Shown in pieces: positions 37,680-41,330 of a stretch of DNA of 41,330 nucleotides. The position numbers were made by a program, and so were the translations under genes. Origin of the DNA: Toensbergia leucococca. Lineage: Eukaryota. A model generated the notes under the pieces. It was not told the DNA's origin. It made no database searches and worked only from the letters and a program-made list of their open reading frames with translations. Location of the stretch: assembly GCA_022813965.1 (NCBI GenBank), contig JALDZS010000200.1, forward strand, positions 1-41,330. The letters are read 5' to 3'. Positions within the stretch are counted from its first letter, which is position 1. Each line of letters opens with the position of its first letter.

Positions 37680-38082
37680 ATGTGCGACTATACCCAAGTT
37701 AATTACCAATGCGGACATATACGCTACTTAGTCAAGGCCTGGTGCATTCGATATCAGCAAACGCATGAAAGATGTCCTCCCAATGTGGTCGCTATGTAGG
37801 TCCTCAAGCTCACCGCTGTCACGCAAAGAACAAATTGACTTCTAATTGCAGAGACAACCGGCCCAACGAGAAATGCGGTTTGTGCTCCTTCCAAGAAACT
37901 GGCCTACAGACCCATTCACAATCAATCCCTTGTCGAAGAAGCACTGCTAAGCACACCTTTATCTGGATCATTTCGAAAGAGCAGCCTCCAATCATTTCAT
38001 GTCCTTTCATATTCGTCCCGGCACTCGATAATACGGGTAGGCAATGCTAACGCGTTCTCCAGGGGACTGTAAAGCAAGATGA
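37680..38082 (+). CDS. 53-aa Cys/His-rich microprotein (putative zinc-binding); exons 37680-37795, 37852-37877, 38063-38082
   Basis: Good start context (CAACATG). Introns GTAGGT..CTAAT..CAG and GTTTGT..GCTAAC..CAG give MCDYTQVNYQCGHIRYLVKAWCIRYQQTHERCPPNVVAIDNRPNEKCGDCKAR*. Confidence 0.75.
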
Positions 38083-39249
38083 CGAGTCTCGTTGCCGCAA
38101 GATATATTGTGTCAATCGAGTTGGGAACAGAGATAGACGATACACTTGGCCATGTTGATCACGGCGCAAGAGAGCGTGGAAAGGGATTAGACATTGGACC
38201 GGTCCCAGCATCGACATAGTGGTCCGAAGTCCATATCTCCAGGCCATGGCGTCCAAAGGCATATGGTGTTGAGATGGATTGTCTCTGAAAATACGGATTT
38301 CTTCATCCATGGATTCTTTTAGGTTGTGGACCGACAGGGTCAAGTCTCATGTCGGCAAGTTGCCGTCAAACATTATGTTACATACAGTCGATCGTTCCCT
38401 CAACATATCTTTCATGCACCCCAAGTTCCAAATGACCCCCCCTATTCATGTAAGTCATGGATCCAAGTCGGCAAAACAAGCGTGGCCCTTGGCTTCAATC
38501 GCGCTTCCGAAGCCGATTCCCCAAACCGTCGACGACCAGCAGGAAGAAGCCCCAAAGCGGGCCCAGATAGCAAGGCGGCAGATGCCCAAACCGGCGGCCC
38601 AAATCTCCCAACAGGGCCGTTCGTGCCAAAGTAAAGGCACGAGTAGCGGAAAAATAGGCATGACGGGATGGTGGGAGGTTTCCGGAAGCAGGTCCGGAAA
38701 TTCCGAGGGGCTGGATGGTGGGATTTGGTCTGCTTGGTTTTGAGTATTCTATTTACATTTTACAACAATCTTGCCGTGTTTCTCTCCCGCCGTCTAAAAG
38801 CTTGATTTGTCTGACATGCCCGCCCCCCGGTCCGTCGATTACGTTTTCCATTTCCCATCTTCAATACATCATTCTCATTTCGCAAACACCAAAGCCATCA
38901 TTGGAGGAGGCGTCCAGATGGGCTGATGGCTTTTTTTTTCATCTCGCTTATCTTACTGGCCCGTGTCCTTGTCCGCCCACATGAAAAAAACAAGATTTCG
39001 ATCCAAGCCACATTTGAAATTTTGTTTTTTGATGGAATTGAACCGCGCGGCCGCCACGTTTCTTCATATTTTCTGTTTTGGGCGGTTCAATGGCTGGGGC
39101 TTCGTAAGCGGGAATGAAACAGGTAGGTGGTATCCGTAGGTAGCTGATGATGATGTTTTATTTGGGTGCGGAAATATCCCCGCGGATGAAGAGACACGTC
39201 TGGAATATTCAGGAAATTCACTAGAGATGTCTGAGCTATTCTTGCACGG

Positions 39250-40600
39250 TGCTGCGCAGTGTTTAAACATCATTGATGTCACAAGACCTATTGCGGCGAT
39301 TATTGAATTTTTCAAGTCTTTTTTCCTCCATTGCAAATTATGCCTCCAAGTGCGGAAAGCAGCATTTCAAATCTGGATTCCTCGCTGGCCATGTTGTGTT
39401 CTCCAGCTTGCTGTGCGAATGGGATATCACAGAGATCTCGGGTCAGTATTCTGAATTTTTTTCGCTTTGGGAGCGAAATGAGAAGGCGAGTTTGGGCTTA
39501 GATCTGCTGTTTTCTGTTCGCTTTGGTCGTTTAACTGTATTTCGTACCGCTGACTATGACACTTTACTACCGTCCAAGTTGAATGAGGAGCAGCTCTTTC
39601 CAGGCATGAAATGTCTCTCGCCGTCAAAGCCCTGGTGATGGACTCACGTGAGTTTCGTACCTACTTGAGCGCGAAAAATCGAGTCCTTGGTGCTTTCGGT
39701 AGTAATTGTGGAGCAGCTTAATGCACCACGGCCTTTGTCATATGACCTAGTACTCTTACTTGGGTGACTCGCTAGACAAAGCTGCCTCAAGCATGCCTCT
39801 CAATTTCCAGCCATCTTTACCCGACTCGAAGACTGATCCCGTCCGAGTGGTTCGACAAAGGATACAACTGGATATGTTCTATCACAGATTGACATGTGTC
39901 CCTCATCGGAAGTAACTCGTAAATGTCCCGATTTTCAGAGGTTACGTCAAGCCTGCATTGTATCAGCCCTGAGACTTCTCTTCTGCCAGGCCACGTTACA
40001 TGATAAATGGCGGTGGAGATATGTGAAGTGGTACGCTACATCTCTATCAATTCACGACTTTATCCTGGCCGGCACGGTGCTTTGTTTGGATATCTACAAT
40101 GCAATTCAAACGAGCTCAGCTAGTAAATTGCCCGATGTACAAGCAGGTCCACACGCTATCGATAGTCGGACTGATATCATGAAGGCTCTTGATATATTCA
40201 ATAGTATCTGAGCCAATATCAAGGACACATTGAAAGTCGCACAAAGATCGTTTAGCATCCTTGACTCAATGTTGAATGATTTGAAGGTTTTAATGAACAA
40301 TAGTAATATGTTCAATGAACCGTCAACAGTCTAGACAAACTTTCAAGGAGCAAGAAATGCCTCAGAGCTTGAAAGTCACGAAAGCAATTGTGCAGCAGTA
40401 GAAGCAGTCTCATGGATTTTCGACGACGATTCTGTGGATTTCTTAACAGATTTGGATTAGGTAAGTCACTCAATTTCGTACCCAAAGCACAGCAAAACAT
40501 GAAGCAATAGAAAACGCTGCAATCGCTGAAAGTCAAACTTTAACGAATGAAGCCTCCCTAACATGACATTGTTTGATAGACTACTTTGGACTCATGCTTC
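39250..40600 (+). pseudogene. Decayed fungal-specific (Zn2Cys6-class) transcription factor, middle homology region and C-terminal part
   Basis: Collinear fragments in shifting frames: LAVRMGYHRD, EMRRRVWA, LDLLFS, DTLLPSKL..PSKP, RIQLDMFYHRLTCVPHRK*, RQACIVSALRLL and HDFILAGTVLCLD. Multiple stops and frameshifts; boundaries are approximate. Confidence 0.75.
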
Positions 40601-41206
40601 CTAGAAGGCAATCATTCCAACGTTGGGACATCTTAGAGTCATGGCTGTTCAACTAGTTCAAGAATGACTAAGTGTTTGAGGAGTGAAGGTGACTCGGGGA
40701 GGAGTCGGATCTGTCATTCTTGTTTCATCTTTATTTATTTCAATTTAGTCAGGATGGAGTGAAGGCGTGAGGATGAGAGGTGCGCTTTGCATTTATGGGG
40801 TGATGTATATGGAACATGGCATAACATGAGCAGAAGATGGAAGTAGAGAGCATGAAAAGACGAGGATTCTTGTTTCTTACGTCTTGCTTCTTTAAATTGC
40901 TTCTTGCTACCGTGGCAATCATGGACCGAACTTAGGGTAACCCTAAGTTGATGAGAACATAACATAGAAGTAGCTCCACATTTTCTAGAAATTCATTGAC
41001 GAAGGACTTGTAAAGTAGAATGGGATGAGTACTCGACTGATGGAAAGTGAATGCGTAAGTACTTCACTGTTCCACCACTTCCACGGCCTTCTCCTTCTCA
41101 TAACATGCCCCCAACTCGATGCCCAGCTCTCTTCCTTTTCATACTCGCAGTCAGCACCCTCGTCGTCCCTCTTTCCTTTTACTTCCGCCGAACCCAAACA
41201 ACTACC

Positions 41207-41330
41207 ATGTCTCAATACAAGTCCTCCAAGCCGACCATCTACCTCTTTGGCGACTCCCTCACCGAGTGGGCCTTTGATGCTGAGGACAGAGGCTTTGGCT
41301 GGGCTTTGGAACAGTATTATGAGGGAAAGG
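41207..41330 (+). CDS. SGNH/GDSL hydrolase (IAH1-like), 5' end only; runs off the window
   Basis: MSQYKSSKPTIYLFGDSLTEWAFDAEDRGFGWALEQYYEGK contains the block I motif LFGDSLT. Confidence 0.85.
   Translation, partial: MSQYKSSKPTIYLFGDSLTEWAFDAEDRGFGWALEQYYEGK

Noticed and set aside
38080..38140. Stop read-through or A-to-I correction of the microprotein TGA (next in-frame stop 19 codons later)
   Set aside because: Nothing in the sequence supports it; such editing is established mainly for Sordariomycete sexual stages.

Overview
Eukaryotic DNA from a filamentous ascomycete (Pezizomycotina). Short GT-AG introns with CTRAC/CTAAC branch points, long homopolymer tracts and a CpG-free patch are compatible with a lichen-forming Lecanoromycete, but that placement is inference only. 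I spliced the gene models by hand. In order, the window holds: an intron-containing tRNA-Phe; a CFEM type I membrane protein; an uncharacterised GT-A glycosyltransferase; a cis-prenyltransferase (RER2/SRT1); a large repeat-rich, probably GPI-anchored wall protein; an ADAL/MAPDA-type deaminase; an ING/PHD protein; RPL8 (eL8); a DUF1992 protein; a VOC/glyoxalase protein; YME1; BLM10; glycerol kinase; a 53-aa Cys/His microprotein; and the 5' end of an SGNH/GDSL hydrolase. Three decayed gene relics (APH/AIM9-like kinase, SDR, fungal-specific transcription factor) are interspersed. The most unusual signals are: (i) the three-exon microprotein, whose last CxxC is completed whether intron 2 is spliced or retained; (ii) a ~710-bp tract with no CpG that starts abruptly inside a pseudogene; (iii) a CFEM protein with a second Cys-rich domain and a single-pass receptor architecture; (iv) frame-preserving, stop-free candidate introns in the YME1 N-terminus; (v) a hairpin-rich first intron in RPL8. 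No CRISPR array, rRNA or intact transposon was seen.
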